A model generated the notes under the pieces. It worked only from the letters and a program-made list of their open reading frames with translations. It made no database searches and was not told where the DNA came from. DNA of 63,503 bases, counting the filler, from Rhabdomonas costata (Eukaryota): the NCBI GenBank assembly GCA_019059605.1. It is 16 parts of 16 records of this genome, joined end to end, with 100 filler letters (N's around TTAATTAATTAA, not from the genome) between each part and the next. Parts side by side here need not be neighbours in the genome. Positions count along the whole stretch, not along the records: positions 59,656 to 63,503 come from JAHMHO010000487.1; 15 more parts are not named here. One strand, given 5' to 3'. Shown in pieces: positions 63,167 through 63,503 of the stretch (its first letter is position 1; the number at the start of each line of letters is the position of its first letter). Made by a program: the position numbers and the translations under genes.

Positions 63167-63503
63167 TCAATACAAGTTAGTGAGGAATTTTCTGGCTTCC
63201 GTCCCTGAGCGAAGCAAGTAGGCCATGTCAGCCTCGTGGTTCGGGAGCAGAGACACCGCAAGCACCACGGCCAGGCCCGACGGAAGATGTAAAAAGCATC
63301 GCATGGGCGACAGGCCTGTATGATAGGAAACTCCACCGCAGTGCGTCAAACCCCACTTTCCGAAATCAAACCCGCAAAGCTCGGGCCCGCTAAAGCTCAG
63401 AACTCGTTCGGTTTGCCCCGCTAGCCGTACCTCAAATTGCCTGCACGGTACGGCGTACCGAGAACTGCCCCGAGAGCCATGCAGTTCACGAATCTCAAAC
63501 ACC
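63167..63503 (-). CDS. C-terminus of a second, paralogous copy of the NTase-F-box gene
   Basis: VFEIRELHGSRGSSRYAVPCRQFEVRLAGQ matches the end of the 59656 copy (G/A difference) and continues to a stop at 63167. Confidence 0.8.
   Translation of the reverse strand, partial: VFEIRELHGSRGSSRYAVPCRQFEVRLAGQTERVLSFSGPELCGFDFGKWGLTHCGGVSYHTGLSPMRCFLHLPSGLAVVLAVSLLPNHEADMAYLLRSGTEARKFLTNLY
63411..63502. repeat. 92-bp direct repeat of 59656-59747
   Basis: Three substitutions in 92 bp, at an offset of 3755 bp. Confidence 0.95.

Noticed and set aside
1-63503. Treating the gene set (nuclease, methyltransferases, NTase, GTPase) as one operon or defence island
   Set aside because: The genes lie on different scaffolds joined artificially, so cross-spacer adjacency carries no information.

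Overview
This window is not one locus. It is 16 unrelated scaffolds of about 3.85-4.0 kb joined by an artificial 100-bp spacer (N44-TTAATTAATTAA-N44), so neighbourhood across spacers means nothing. The DNA is from an intron-rich eukaryote, most likely a free-living euglenozoan (euglenid or diplonemid). That call is an inference from a receptor-type degenerate adenylate cyclase, a euglenozoan-type LRR N-terminus and a CxH..W..LRxKRG..F.CxxC..WK zinc ribbon. It is also supported by pyrimidine-tract/AG sites just before start codons and by co-oriented gene pairs. I rebuilt spliced, phase-consistent and mostly partial gene models by hand. They include a ULK/ATG1-like kinase with DFD, a LITAF-domain protein, a SETD3/SETD6/LSMT-type methyltransferase and a pseudo-cyclase receptor. 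Others are an SNM1/Apollo-type nuclease, TrmO, an RS protein with tandem hnRNP-Q acidic domains and a modular Cys-rich surface protein. The rest are an LRR protein, TBC1D19, ZZ, WWE and ankyrin proteins, a ZNG1/CobW GTPase and an OST3/OST6 subunit. The best novelty candidate is on the last scaffold. It is an apparently intronless, tandemly repeated gene fusing a Pol-beta-type nucleotidyltransferase domain, resembling a phage/giant-virus family, to an F-box. Other leads are a probable GA-AG intron, one-exon-one-module phase-1 architecture in the surface protein and an intronic MITE-like insertion. All family calls come from motif recognition by eye; no database search was run.
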